Of a stretch of 64,000 bases of DNA, positions 1-13,899 are shown in pieces. Under the pieces are notes generated by a model. That model saw nothing but the letters and a program-made list of their open reading frames with translations. It made no database searches and had not been told where the DNA came from. Made by a program: the position numbers and the translations under genes. How positions within the stretch are numbered: position 1 is the first letter of the stretch; the number at the start of each line of letters is the position of its first letter. Source of the DNA: Eledone cirrhosa (Eukaryota); the NCBI GenBank assembly GCA_964016885.1, contig OZ024743.1, positions 348,192,001 to 348,256,000 of the forward strand, given 5' to 3'.

Positions 1-560
1 GAAAATTTCACGTTCACGAGTGATGGAATGATCGAGGCTGAAATAAGTGCAAGAATTGCAGGTGCTGCTGCAGTAATACGCGCGTTTCAACATTCAGTCA
101 TCAGAAGAAGGTGGGGAAGATGTAAACGCCAATTCGGTATTTGCGCCAAAAGTTAGATATGATCATAAATTTTGGATAATGTGCAAAAGAATACGATCGC
201 GAATACAAGTGGTCGTAATGGGGTTTAACCGAAGGGTCGCTGGAGTAACTTTACTGAATAGACTCTGTAGCTTGGGGATCAGAATGTCGCTCCAGATTGA
301 ATCGATACTTCTCCGAATTGAGAGATCAGAGTTCCGATACTATGGATGTCTGGTTAGAATGAGGCAGGAAAGAAACGCTGGACAGATGTTATGGGTAATA
401 CCAATTGGGGGAGACCCACAATTAGACGCCGAGCAAGAGGGTTTGATAACATCCCTGAAAATATTGGAGATGACAGAATCCACTGGATGGTGTGTTTGAG
501 GAACTTCTCGCTAATAAGTAGACGAAGAAAATGTTTATTTTTATATAACCTGATGATTAT
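1..560 (+). mobile_element. Degenerate 3' part of an RTE-clade LINE (Rex3/Expander-like RT C-terminus)
   Basis: ORF 179-499 (RIRSRIQVVVMGFNRRVAGVTLLNRL...ILLRIERSEFRYYGCLVRM) resembles the RTE/Rex3 C-terminal pattern RSRIQAAEMSFLRRVAG...IERSQLRWLGH. The upstream frame gives FTSDG..EAEISARI. Confidence 0.75.
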
Positions 561-987
561 TCTCTCCATGTACACCCCTAACTGTAACCAAACTTACAAA
601 AGAATACTTTCTGAATATATATATATATATATATATATATAGGAAAATGTTCAGTACTTTGGTGCGTTAAGGGCCACCTGGTTCCTTACCACACTTACTT
701 CGTTATATATATATATATATAACATTTTCGCTCTACATGGGTAAATACAATAAATGTAATCTGAGGTTTTCAAATATTAATAATAATATTCCATTCGTTT
801 GCATTTATGTAAACAAGCCTCATTTTTAAAGCCAATTCAGTAGAATGAGCCCATTTTTCTTGCTCTAGTGTTGGCATGTAAACAGAACTGCAGACACTAA
901 TGTTTCTGGGCATTACCCTTCAACCGTACAGTTCATTGTTCACCTGCCTAGGGAAAATATATGAAATTTTCTAAAATATACAGTAAA

Positions 988-1086
988 TGATCAGCCTAAT
1001 TTTCATATTAGCAGACTGACTGATCAATCAGATCTACATATTAGCAGATCCACTGATCAGCCAGATTTGCATATCAGCAGACTGGC
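988..1086. repeat. 33-bp tandem repeat, 3 diverged copies
   Basis: Units TGATCAGCCTAATTTTCATATTAGCAGACTGAC / TGATCAATCAGATCTACATATTAGCAGATCCAC / TGATCAGCCAGATTTGCATATCAGCAGACTGGC. Confidence 0.85.
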
Positions 1087-1135
1087 GAGTCAGTTTCCTG
1101 TATAAAAGCGAAGGGTATAACACCCAGGAACATTA

Positions 1136-1199
<64 letters not shown>

Positions 1200-1274
1200 G
1201 GGTGGGGTGCGTGCGTGTATGTGCGTGTTTATATATATATATATATATGGGAGTGGGGTGCGTTCGAATATGTG

Positions 1275-1308
<34 letters not shown>

Positions 1309-1309
1309 C

Positions 1310-1430
1310 ATAATTGTTTCTACTTTTGACACAAGGCCAGCAATTACACAGTACATTACTGGTACTTTATTTTATCGACCCCGTAAGAATGAAAGGCAAA
1401 GTTAACCTCGGCGCGATTTGAACTCAGAAA
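1310..1430 (-). mobile_element. tRNA-derived SINE (octopus OR2/Meta-domain-like), partial
   Basis: The reverse complement has the B-box TGAGTTCAAATC followed by the core GGTTAACTTTGCCTTTCATTCTTACGGGGTCGATAAAATAAAGTACCAG, which recurs about 10 times in the window. The family name is from memory, not a search. Confidence 0.8.
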
Positions 1431-1519
1431 CATAATGCTGACTGAATACTCACATATTTTTAAAATAAGTTTTTGCCGTTCCTTTCACTTATCTTCTATT
1501 TATCTTCTATTTCTAAATA

Positions 1520-1560
1520 TCCCTTCTGATGACGGACGAGAATCCGAAATATTAAGACTA
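1520..1560 (+). ncRNA. Minimal hammerhead-like motif in a short PLE-type remnant
   Basis: CTGATGA (1526), stem II GGA/TCC, GAAA (1546), then TATT-AAG pairing weakly with upstream CTT. Confidence 0.4.
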
Positions 1561-1680
1561 TTTTCCTCTTGCTATGTTAAGCAATAGACTAATATAATTC
1601 TTCAGCGTACTGTGTCGTTTGTTATTTCGGTTTAGCTTTTAAACACAACACACATACACACACACACGGACGCACACACA

Positions 1681-1738
<58 letters not shown>

Positions 1739-1763
1739 TACACACACACACACCACACACATA

Positions 1764-1802
<39 letters not shown>

Positions 1803-2597
1803 GCCAATATGCAGATACGCACATACACAAACATATATATTTGGGTTGATGGGCATATATGCATATATGCATAGATAAGAAATTATAATTCCCACCCTGT
1901 TGATTCTTCCACAGATATTTAATTAAACAATTTATCCCACCACTGTTTCTTATTATTATCAATATTAAAATATCAGAAAGAAAAAAATATATATAGTCTC
2001 ACTTTATTTACATAATTCACTAACTTTACTTCACCTGCTCTCAATTGCCTGCTTTAATGAAGAATGTAAGTTTGCAAAAAAAAAAAGAAAAGAAAAGAAA
2101 AAAAGGCGGCGAAGAAATAAATGCACACTCATATTTCCAATATAGCAGCAGCTGTTTTATTTTAATAATAATTGAATATTTTTCAGCAAAGACAATTTAC
2201 CCAAGAAATTAATTATCAATTTTACGCATTTTCTTAATGTATTTATTTAATTTCTTATTATTTCTATTTAGATCGTTTTATTTTTGATTCGCTTTTTACA
2301 TTTTCATTTTATTATATCAAAACATAAAGGAACGATCTTTGAAATGAATCATTAACATGTCAGAAGAGAGTTATTTATGTGACCTTGTGTTTCTCTGTTA
2401 AATACTTGAGATTTTGAAAGTGCTTTAGCGATATAGCACGGAAGAGATCAGCTAGAAATAGAAGAAATGCGAATCAGGTATGTTGAGTTGAAGTCACTTA
2501 ATAACCTCTATAATTAAATGTTTATTGGCTGAGTGGCACAGAGAATATTCACCTCACATTCGTTTTCTCACATCCTATTTTCAAATATATGTGTATA

Positions 2598-2641
<44 letters not shown>

Positions 2642-2899
2642 GAGAGAGAGAGAGAGAGAGAGATTACTTCTAGGGGATTAGGGATGTTTGATTCGTATGA
2701 AATCTTCCAGAATGCCCTGATGATTGACATACCTGATGATTTCATACGAATGAAACCATTCTAATCCTTTAGATGTCATTTATTTCTATATATATATTAG
2801 CGAACCCTATGTGTTACCAATATATTGAGTACATATTTTTAACTGTGGCTACCCATCGAAACATCTAGGGAACTTACATATCATATATATCCATATCTA

Positions 2900-2909
2900 T
2901 ATGCATATA

Positions 2910-2992
<83 letters not shown>

Positions 2993-3038
2993 GTGTATAT
3001 ATATATATACATATATATATACATATATATATATATAC

Positions 3039-3069
<31 letters not shown>

Positions 3070-3105
3070 TACATATATATATACATATATATATATATAC
3101 ATATA

Positions 3106-3184
<79 letters not shown>

Positions 3185-3213
3185 GTATATATATATATGT
3201 ATATATATATACT

Positions 3214-3291
<78 letters not shown>

Positions 3292-3292
3292 A

Positions 3293-3329
<37 letters not shown>
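2900..3329. repeat. Long interrupted (TA)n microsatellite (representative of dozens of (TA)n/(CA)n/(GA)n arrays in the window)
   Basis: Direct observation. Confidence 0.98.
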
Positions 3330-4492
3330 AGAAAAATAATCTGGTTCACACCCCCATACTCTCGAGCAGTTAAAACTTATGTAGGCAAAAAATTCCTAGA
3401 GCTCCTAGATAAACATTTCCCTAGAACACATAGATACTATAAGATCTTTAATAGAAACTGTGTCAAAATTAGCTACTCCTGCGGTTCCCCTATTAAAACC
3501 TATATCATCAACAAAAATCACCCAGAGAACATCAAAATTGCTCCTGTAGAATCAAAAGTGAATGCCCATTACAAGGTAAATGCAACACCAAAGCCATTGT
3601 ATATGCGGTTAAAGTGACAACCATTAGCAACAACCATCCAGCCACCAGTGAACGATATGTGGGTATGACACAAGACAAATTCAAAACGCGTTATTAATCA
3701 CATGTCGCATCCTTTCGACATCCAGAATAAAGATTTACAACAGCTCTGGCCAGCAGAATATGGGATTGAAAGACCAAGGTATCCAATATAAATTGGATTG
3801 GTCAATTTTGAACCAATCTAAAGAATATGCAAGAGGAACAAGAAAATGCACGCTCTGCATAAATGAAAAATATTGGATCTTGCAAAATATTAAATCACCA
3901 AAGACCTGCCTGAACACAAAGACAGAAATTTTCACCAGTTGCCCACACATGAAATCACACCTGCTTTCCAGCTCATATAAACTTAACACACTTTCAGATA
4001 CTTATCCTCCATAAACTCTTATTATTCTCTTTATGACTACCCTTTCTGATTTACTTTCATTTTTATCCTCATTATTAATTTCATTTTTATTTTTATTTTT
4101 ATTTTTATTTTTATTTTTATTTTTATTTTTTATTTTTATTTTTATTTTTTTTTTTTTTTTATTTTTTTTATTTTTATTATTTTTTTTTTATTTTTTTTTT
4201 ATTTTTTTTTTTTACTTCACATCCACCAATAACCGACCCCCCCTTTATTCTCCGATTCACTTACCTAATACCTTCACTTTCCACTTTTTATTTCTTCACT
4301 AACTGATCTACGGTCACTTGCGTTTTCCACTCCAGATATTTTTTGTTATTTCGCAGCCAATCTTATAATTTTAGATTTGTACTTACTTATCCACAAGGCT
4401 TTTTACACCCTGTATCTATGTGTCTGAGCGCCTTAATGTGTGTATACTTTCTAAATATGTACACGAACGCCTCCGTATGTGCGCGCGCGTGC

Positions 4493-4560
<68 letters not shown>

Positions 4561-5591
4561 ATGTATATGTGTCATTATATCTGTGTTTTTACATCTGTTT
4601 TGTTTTTTTCTCTTTTTTTACATCCTCATTTTTATGTGTGTGCATGTAAACAGGTCAATATGCGTGAGTGTATGGATGTGTAAGTGTGCGTGTGTATATA
4701 AGCATGTATATTTGTGTGTGTATGTGTGTGCGAGTGTGTATACAGTCGCGTGCGTGCGCGTGATTAGATATACATGGGGCGAAGCGTATATGCGTATATA
4801 TGTGCATCCTATGTGTGTATGTGTGCTTGCATACGCTTTTGTCTACACGTTTTTACGTGTATATATATATATTTCTTATAGATATACGTTTCTTGTAGAT
4901 ATATGTGTGTGTGTACGCGTGTACCTAGTTTGTCTTCTTTTCTTTAATTTTTTCTTTCTAAATTATTGTTCCATTTTTATAAATATATCGAGAATGATAT
5001 TTTTCTTTTAATTATTACACTCCATTACCTCTTTTACTTCCGCATATAAGTGTACGTGCGTGTGGGTGTGTTTATACGCGTGCCTTCATATTCTTATAAT
5101 GTATCTAATACCCTGTTTTTCTGTGTACCTGCTAAACAGACAACCACATCATGTCTGTCTGTAGTTACAGATACACAGATACACTTGCCCTAACACATAT
5201 ATTTACGCACACTTTTTCACTATACGTACACATTTGTACATACACACATAATATGTACATATGTGAGCGTATATACATACATATACACACACCTAACTAT
5301 ATTTCTTGAAATATTTTTATATATTTCATATGGCTATTGTAATTCCTTTGTCTATATTTAATATCATTTTTTTGCTTTTCTTGATGAGACTTTCCGAGTA
5401 TTTAGCCATGTTTTATATTGCCTCGTCTGACGAACGGATGCAGACGTTTCTTTCTCATTCGCCTCATTCGGGAAACCTCTGGCAATGAGGTAATTATATT
5501 GTATTGATTTTTATACATTAAATTTTGCTCTAGTAATTACATAGAGCACTCTTCACTTCTATGAACTTTTCTGTTTTCGACGGAAATTTCA

Positions 5592-5592
<1 letters not shown>
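3329..5592 (+). mobile_element. 5'-truncated Penelope-like element (Naiad-type): degenerate GIY-YIG end plus ~1.5-kb 3' region ending in a hammerhead motif
   Basis: [11 protein letters not shown]...[27 protein letters not shown], then (frameshifted) [15 protein letters not shown]...IVY...YVG and KCTLCINEK...LN.K.E...CPH. Hammerhead at 5417-5494. Both ends abut (TA)n. Confidence 0.85.
5417..5494 (+). ncRNA. Type-I hammerhead ribozyme motif, probably inactivated (GCA instead of GUH at the cleavage site)
   Basis: Stem I ATTGCCTCGT/ATGAGGTAAT; CTGACGA at 5427; stem II CGGATG/CATTCG; GAAA at 5472; stem III CC-TCT-GG. Confidence 0.7.
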
Positions 5593-5630
<38 letters not shown>

Positions 5631-5644
5631 CATATATATATACG

Positions 5645-5752
<108 letters not shown>

Positions 5753-6794
5753 GGAGAAGTGTTATAGGCTGTGCCCTGCCAACTTAACTGAACAGTGAAT
5801 AAGAAAAGAAAGGATACTTTAATTTAAGTAAACATTATATATATGTTAAATACATTACATTCTGGTTATTAGGTGAGATTAAAATTCTACAGTTAACATT
5901 GTGCTTAAATTTAATCTGTAAATGTGAAATAAAAAAAAGAAGATAAATATTGTAACCTCTAAAAATTCGCCACACACATGTCAACTATTCTTACACACAA
6001 TCTCGTCACAACTTACAGGCTGGGGTGTCCCGACATAAGCGATTACTCTTAAACAACTCACACATCCTTAAGAGATTACGTAAAAACACACTTACGAACA
6101 GTCATGTGTCGTTGTTGGACGTCTATCTGGTTCCATGACTAGTGTTTCAATTGTATGAACAACGGAACCACCTGCTTAGAAAATTAGTGAGCAAGTGACT
6201 GGTCATTTATCCAGCACATGCACCTTTAATATAATTTTCTTGGAGCTTCAGCTTGATGGAATGAGTTAGATATAATTCATGTTTGCCAGCTGAATAGAAT
6301 GGGGCAACTAGAAACGAATCTTGCTCAAGAAGACGAAGCGCCGACTGGAAAGTAACTGGATTATATGATCGTGAGCTATACATCTTAACCACTATGCCAA
6401 GTGTGTTTACCCTCAAATAAATACACACTCTTATAATCCGAATTTTAAATTTTATATATTTATTTTAATCTTCATAAAATTTCAAATTATTTGAATTTGC
6501 CATCAGAAGTTAATCAGCAGTAAGTCACAACATCAAAATTCAGGATTTGACTTAACGTAAACCACACGGGGATCATTCTCGGTGTTTCCTATTAATTCTA
6601 ATGAAAAACTAAATAATCTAAAGCGCACAATACTGCCAATTCTGCCAATCAAACATCCGTAATATTATTCATAATTTATTAGTGATTAGAACAATTATTT
6701 TTCCATCTGTCTGTTTGTTTAGCTTTTGAAGTGGGGCTGGACGGGAATATATATATCTATTTATATTAAGCAGCAACAACAACAGCAGCAATAC

Positions 6795-6995
6795 TAATGA
6801 TTTCTAGTATAGGCACAAGGCCAGGAATTTGGGGGTCAGGGGAAAGTCGATTAAATCGACCACAGTACGTTACTGGTGCTTTATTTTATCGACGCTGTAA
6901 GGATTGTGATTTGAACTCAGACAGTAAAGGTTCGTAACTCTATGCTGCAAAGCATGGTGTCCTACTCTCTACTGATACTGCTAATCCACCGCATT
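6795..6995 (-). mobile_element. tRNA-derived SINE copy
   Basis: GGCACAAGGCCAG...TTATTTTATCGAC...GATTTGAACTCAGA, the same family as 1310-1430. A more diverged copy follows at ~7030-7220. Confidence 0.7.
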
Positions 6996-7506
6996 CACAG
7001 CAGCAAAAATAATAATAATTGCTTCTACTATGTTCAATAATATTAGGAGAGTGGAAAGTCTATTAACTCGACTCCAGTGCGTTAATGGTACTTTAAACAA
7101 TCAACCTCATAAGGATGAAAGGCAAAACAAACCTCCACAGAATTTGAAGTCAGAACATAACTACATATCACAAAGCAAGTTGTCCAACGCTCTGACGATA
7201 TTGCCAATTCACCAGATTTAGGAACAGGGTAAGCAAATATAGTACAGGAGACGTCACTTACAAAAATAGATGTATCAGTTCATAACATTTTGGATGAATA
7301 TCATTGCATACAAAACTGTGTAATCACGGCTAGATTGCTCTTAACCGTACGTTTGCTGAATCAATACAGACATCGGGATAAAAAAAAACCCAGCGGTTTG
7401 TGCTGATAATTCACAAGATTTCTCGCTAGAAGTTAAAAGAATATCCAAGCGCAATACCAATGGCCTCAAATCTATCTATCAATCAATCTATCTATTACGT
7501 ACACAC

Positions 7507-7606
<100 letters not shown>

Positions 7607-7676
7607 TCTCTGTATATATATTTATACATACATACACACATACACACACACACATACACACATATGTATGTATGTG

Positions 7677-7708
<32 letters not shown>

Positions 7709-7709
7709 T

Positions 7710-8815
7710 GAACCTCTCAGCTACTTGGAGCCTCAGATATACAGGACGTATCGGAGGGCTCTTGCTGTTTCCAGCAAGCATGCCTTTTGAAGTGTTTCAA
7801 AAAAGGAGGTTAAACTAATGTTCGTTAACCATCCTTGAAATCTCTTTGAGATAGTACCTAGTGATAATATGACAATCGGGACGACCTTGATTCCATAACA
7901 GTCCCAAATACTTTTTAATTCCCACTTTAAATCCTGGTATCGGTTAATTGTCTCCGTGTCCATTTCTTGCACTCTTGTGCCAAAAGGGCAGGCCACATCT
8001 ACAATCAGGCTCGATCATTTTTTTTTTTTGTCAAAAACCACCAGGTCAGCCCTATTGTGTTCTAATTACTTCTCTGTCTGTATCCTGAAATCCCATACCA
8101 CCTTCACTTGATCGTTTTCTATCACATACTCTGTCTTATGCTCATACCACTTCTCAGAATCTGGTAAATTATTTAGTTTGCATAAATGCCAGTGAATACC
8201 AGTGAATAACATTTCCTATTATATCATGCCTCCAACATTTATAGTGAGTCTGGGATAGGTGTTTACATTCGGATATGATGTGAGCCAGAGTCTCCTCTCT
8301 CTCTCTATCTCTCTCTCTCCACAGATCCTACTCAGGGAGCTAGCCTCCTCCTTGTCAATATGGTGTTTCACCCACTTCGTTCTCTTGTGCAGTCATTAGC
8401 ATTCCTCCTGTAGCTTTATAACGTACCCTCTTTTTAACCAGCTCCATGTCTCTGCATCTCTTAATTCCGTTTTCTTAAAATAGGTGCTATTAAGGGATTT
8501 TTCATGAATGTTGCTCTTCATCTTCGTTGTTATTTCATCCTTGGACATCGCGTGGTATATTGTCTTCTCCCTCAGTACAACTTTGAGCAATGACTCCCTA
8601 CTTTCAGACAGATATTTGTGCAAACTGATGTCTCCATCTGAAGAAAGTTCTCTATGCTGATAAGACCTCTTCTACCTTCAGATTTCTTTAAATAAAGTCT
8701 ATCAACAACACTCCTCTTGTGGAACATGCTGTAGGTAGTCATTAGCTTCCTAGCTTTCTATGGATTTATTTTTCTTCGGTAACATTCCATTTCAGAATTC
8801 CCGCACTATACCTAA
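7710..8815 (-). mobile_element. R4/Dong-type RLE non-LTR retrotransposon, 5'-truncated degenerate copy
   Basis: ACPF.TRV...INRYQDLKWELK.IW...VVPIVI..LG...LQKACLLETARALRYVL and TWSWLKRG; homologous to 9537-10700. Confidence 0.85.
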
Positions 8816-8840
8816 TAATATCATTATTATTATTATTATT

Positions 8841-9175
8841 GAGTCTCAGTCATTGATGTTATTTAACTTGAAATTTGTTCAAATGAATATGAAGCCGCTA
8901 CCTGCAGCATCAGATATTCAGGACGTATCAGCGGGTTCTTGCTATTCCCAGCAAGCATGCCTTTTGGAGTTTCCTAAAAAAGCGGGGCTGGACTAATATT
9001 CTTTAACCATCCTTGAAAACTCTTTGAGATAGTAGCTTGTGATCCTATGACAATTGGGACGACCTTGATCTCATAAGAGTTACCAATCCTTTTTAACTAC
9101 CACTTTAAATCATGGTATCGGTTAATTTTCTCCTTCTCCTTTTCTTGCACTCTTGTGTCAAAGAGGCAGGCTACA
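8841..9175 (-). mobile_element. R4/Dong-type 3' terminal fragment
   Basis: Same 3' end (GAGTCTCAGTCATTGATGTTATTTAAC on +) adjoining (ATT)n at 8823-8840. Confidence 0.85.
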
Positions 9176-9179
9176 ATTA

Positions 9180-9530
9180 AAGCAATGGTTTGGCAGTAGG
9201 TGTAGAGTGTCAGACACCATGCTTTGCAGCATAGAGTTATGACCCTTTACGTTCTGAGTTCAAATCCACCGAAGTTAACATTGCATTTCGTCCTTACGGG
9301 GTCGATAAAATAAAGCACCAGTAACGTACAGGGGTCGATTTAATCGACTTCCCCTCCCATAAATTTACTGGCCTTGTGCCTATACAAGAAGTCATTGTTA
9401 TTATTATTATTATTATTATTGTTCCCGCTAAGGTTAACTATGACTTTCATCCGTACGGGGTCGATAAAATAAAGTACCAGTAATGCACTGGGTAATTGCT
9501 GGCCTTGAGCCTCACGTAGAAACAATTATT
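9180..9530 (+). mobile_element. Two adjacent tRNA-derived SINE copies separated by (TTA)n
   Basis: TTCTGAGTTCAAATCC B-box. The core GGGGTCGATAAAATAAAG occurs twice (~9298, ~9457). Confidence 0.8.
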
Positions 9531-9536
9531 ATTATT

Positions 9537-12500
9537 GTTCTTTGAGTCTCAGTCATTGATGTTATTTAACTGGAAAGTTTGTTGAAATGAATATCAAGCC
9601 AGTACCTGCAGCCTCAGATATTCAGGACGAATCGGAGGGTTCTTCTGTTCCCAGCAAGCATGCATTTTGAAGTGTTCCAAAAAGCGGGACGGGGCCAATT
9701 TTTTTAATCATCCCTGGAAACCTTTTGAGATAGTAACTAGTGCGTCTATGACAATCTGGATCACTTTGATTTCATGGCAGTTCCAAATCCTTTTTACCTC
9801 CCATATTAACTCCTGGTATCGGTTAATTTTCTCCCTCTCCTTCTCTTGCACTCTCGTGTCGAATGTGCAGGCCACGTCCACAATCAGGCACGATCTTTTT
9901 TCTTTGTCCAAAACCACCAGGTCAGGTCTATTGTGTTCCAGTTTCTTGTCCCTCTGTATCCTAAAATCCCATAGCACCTTCACCTGATGGTTTTCTATCA
10001 CCGAATCTGGCTTATGCTCATACCACTTCTCAGAATGTGGTAAATTGTTTACTTGGCATAGGTGCCAGTGGATCACCCTGCCCATCACATCATGTCTCCA
10101 GGACTTATAGTGTGTCTGGGCTAGGTGTTTACACTCGGATACAAAGTGAGCCACACTCTCCTCTCTCTCTCCACAGATCCTGCACAGTGGGCTAGCCTCC
10201 TCCTTGTAAATATGGTGTTTCAGCCACTTCGTTTTGAGGGCCTGCTGTTGCGCAGCCATTAGCATTCCTTCTGTAGCCTTTTTAAGGTCTCCTCTTCTCA
10301 ACCAGTTCCATGTCTGTGGATCTATGAATTCCGTTTGCTCAAATAAGGTACTATGAAGGGAGTATTCATGAAGGTTGCTCTTTCTCCTTGTTGTTATTTC
10401 CTCTTAGGACATCCCCTGGTCTATTGTCCTCTTCTTCAGTACAATTCTGAGCATTGGCTCCTTACTATCGGTCACGTATTTGTGTAGGTTGTTTTTCTCC
10501 ATCTGAACACAATCCTCTATGCAGATAAACCTCTTCCAGCTTCAGATCTCCTTACGTAGAGTCTATTGACATCACTCCTCTTGTGGAACATATTGTAGAT
10601 AGTCAATAGCTTCCTAGTGTTCCTATCCATTTATTTTTGTTAAGCGACATTCCATCTCAGAATTCCCGCACTGTACCTAATAATAGACACAGCTCGGGAA
10701 TTTACTGCAATTATGGCATTCCTACTGTTCAGGTCTGACTTTAATACGCTCCTTATTCTCCGAATGTATTCAGATCTTATCAATTCCTTCATTTTTTCGT
10801 TCTTGGTGTCATCAGCCTCCAGAATACCCAAATACTTGTATCCTTCTTCAGTGTCAATTTCCTTTATCATCTCACCTGTTGGTACCTGGATTCCGTTGCT
10901 TCTGCTCAATTTACCCCCTCTTCATCACAAGGACTCCACACTTACTAATACCAAATTGCATACATATATCATTGCTGAAAATACGGAGTGTCAACAAGCA
11001 CATCCAACTCCTTCTCACTCTTCCCGACGAGCTTAAGATCGTCCATGAAGAGGAGGTGATTGATGGTAACATCTCCCTTTCCCAACTTGTATCCTGCTCT
11101 CACTTTTCGCAGTATAATGGTCAGGGGCATCAGGGCAAGGACAAACAACAGAGGGGACAGACTATCTCCCTGGAAGATACCTCTCTTGATCTTCACGCCT
11201 CCCAAGGATTCTCCAGCTGATGTTAACTCTGTTTTCCAGGACTTCATACTTTTGCTCAACAACTGTCTGATGTTATCTGCCACCTTGAAGATCTCTAGGC
11301 TTTTGGTGATCCAAGAATGAGGCACCATGTCAAATGCCCTGTCTATTCATCCCATGGCAAGACCAGTGTGTCTCCTCTTGCAATTCCTCATTACCATCTT
11401 ATCAATAAGTAACTGGTTCTTTGTACCACGGGACTTCTTTCGGCATCCTTTCTGTTCGTCCGGTAACAAGTTGTTTGTGTGCAGGTGAGGGTAGATTTCC
11501 TCAGACACAATGCTTGTCAACAGTTTCCACATTACGGACAGACATGTGATAGGTCTATAGTTGGTAACATCATTACCCTTGATTCGGACTTTCATTACCA
11601 GAACTGTGGTACCTTTTGTCAACCACTCTGGTACATCACCTAACATCAAGCAGTCATTGAACATAGTTGTCAGTTTCGGGTGGAGGGTTGTTATATTTTT
11701 AATCCAATACCCCTGCACACCATGTGGGTCTGGTGATTTCCAGTTGGTTAATTTTTTGGCCTGCCCCTTAAGAATTTCAACTGTGATACTCAAATCAGTT
11801 TGTTGGTGTGCCTGTTCACTAATCTCCTTTTGTACTGTCTCAATTGACACTGCCTGGTCATTATGTTTAACATCCTGCTCCCATATTCCTCTCCAGAATG
11901 TCTTAGTTTGTTCCGCCTCAGGGATCAAGTCGTTGCCTCTTTCTTTCTCTTCAATCTGTCTAAACAACAACTTCTAGTTGTTGTCAAACATGCGGTTCTA
12001 TCTATACTGACTGACTCTGCTCTCGTATCGCCTAATTTATGCACTCTTTGCTACAATGCGTTGCTTCAGTTCCTCTATGATAATATTTAGCCTTTTCCTC
12101 CTAGTTTTGTACTTTACTTCCAGTCTATTTTTAGTGTCTATGTATTTTAGTGTCCCATTCAGTAGGGACTCAAGCTTTCCAATGTTATTTCTCATTTCCC
12201 TGATTTGACCATACAGTCGCGTCTTCCACCAAGGTTCTGATCTTTCGTGTTTGTTGTTTCCTCTCGCTTTTATGCCAAGTAATTTCCTCACCGCATTTGC
12301 TGTTGCTTTGAGTATAGTGTTGCACTGGTGAAGGCTCCTCGCATCAAGGTATGGGATGACTTTGTTTACCTTAGCTGTTGTTTTTTTAAACTTTTTCCTG
12401 TCTACAAATCTTAGGTTCATAGGTTTCCCACTATCATTGTTCATTTCATCTACCACTAAGTTTAGGATATCAACCAAATCATGGTCTAGCCTGTCAGCAT

Positions 12501-13043
12501 TCATCTCCTCAATGGCCGTATCTTTGTTCCAGGTATTATTTATGTCAGCATTCAGATCATTGTCTGCTTCGGATGGTTCCTCCGTTCTCTCAACCTCTTC
12601 ACCTTCATTTCCCACTGACTCGTCTGCCTGGCATACTCCACTCTCCATTTCCAACCTAATCTCTCTGCTCAGTTCCTCCAGTTCCAGCTCGCTTATCCAC
12701 CATTAGTTCTTATTACCCGAGCCTGCCCGGCCAATTTTTGTTCATCTAATTTAAATAGACCAATCTCGTTCCAGATATTATGCATCCGTTTCCTATAGCC
12801 TTTTCCCTTGGGGATACACTTCAGGTAACATTGCATAACAGTTCTATTCAATTCTTTCGTCCAGTTGGTTCTGGTCCCTTTCCTTCTTCTTCCTCCGACA
12901 CCAGCAGTATTTGATTGACAGCCAGGTCCCTGCTGCTGAGCAAGAGAGCACCTGCTGGGTGAGAGTCTGTCACATGACATTCCAGTCTCCACCGTTATTC
13001 GAACTGTTTAGGTTCGACATTGAAACACTCTTATCGAGGATTG
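9537..13043 (-). mobile_element. Near full-length (~3.5 kb), frameshifted R4/Dong-clade non-LTR retrotransposon (Myb-like N-terminus, RT, CCHC, RLE)
   Basis: N-terminal RTNWTKELN..VMQCY...GYRKRMHNIW; PWWK; RT motifs NWKSP.P.GV.GYW, NYRPITCL, EQKGCR, RGIFQGDSLSPLLF, HLLFMDDLKL, YKYLGILE; CRICGE.EE..AH..SEC; NRPDLVV...LIVDVAC nuclease. Flanked on both sides by (TAA)n. Confidence 0.92.

Positions 13044-13094
<51 letters not shown>
13044..13094. repeat. (TTA)n array between RLE elements
   Basis: Direct observation. Confidence 0.97.
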
Positions 13095-13886
13095 GTTCTT
13101 TTAGTCTCAGTCATTGATGTTAGTTAACTGGAAAGTTTGTTGAAATGAATATCAAGCCACTACCTGCAGCCTCAGATATTCAGGACGTATCGGAGGGTTC
13201 TTGCTGTTCCCAGCAAGCATGCCTTTTGAAGCGTTCCTTAAAGCGTGGCGAGGCCAATTTCTTTAACCATCCCTGGAAACTTTTTGAGATAGTACCTATT
13301 GCGCCTATGACAATCGGGACCTCTTTGACTTCATGGCAGTTCCAAATCCTTTTTACCTCCCACTATAAGTCCCGGTATCGGTTAATTTTCTCCCTCTCCT
13401 TCTCTTGCACTCTCGTGTCGAATGGGCAGGCCACATCCACAATCAGGCACGATCTTTTTTCTTTGTCCCAAACCACCACGTCAGGTCTATTGTGTTCCAG
13501 TTTCGTGTCCATCTGTATCCTAAAATCCCACAGCACCTTCACCTGATCGTTTTCTATCACCGACTCTGGCTTATGCTCATACCAATTCTCAGAATGTAGT
13601 AAATTGTTTGCTTTGCATAGGTGCCAGTGGATCACCCTGCCCATCACATCATGTCTCCAGCCCTTATAGTGAGTCTGGGCTAGGTGTTTACACTCGGATA
13701 CAATGTGAGCCACAGTCTCCTCTCTCTCTCCACAAATCCTGCACAGTGGGCTAGCCTCCTCCTTGTAGATATGGTGTTTCAACCACTTCGCTTTGAGGTC
13801 CTGCTCTTGCGCAGCCATTAACATTAACATTCCTTCTGTAGCCTTTTTAACATCTCCTCTTTTCAACCAGTTCCATGACTGTGGAT
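13095..13886 (-). mobile_element. R4/Dong-type 5'-truncated copy (CCHC + RLE)
   Basis: ORF 13363-13866 is nearly the same as 9708-10301 (CRICGEREET.AHIVSEC, RHD, NRPDVVV, DVACPFD). Bounded by (TTA)n on both sides. Confidence 0.9.
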
Positions 13887-13899
13887 ATTATTATTATTA

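Noticed and set aside
5491-5533. Possible short GT-AG intron just after the PLE hammerhead
   Set aside because: PLEs can retain introns, but this is only ~43 nt and a chance GT..AG pair cannot be excluded without transcripts.
5760-6430. Possible LTR (TGTTA...TTACA) followed by PBS-like TTCTGGT and a short ORF
   Set aside because: No second LTR, TSD or gag/pol motif visible.
12920-13043. Possible HDV-like ribozyme at the Dong 5' end
   Set aside because: The region is GC-rich and the position is plausible, but I could not assemble the nested double pseudoknot.
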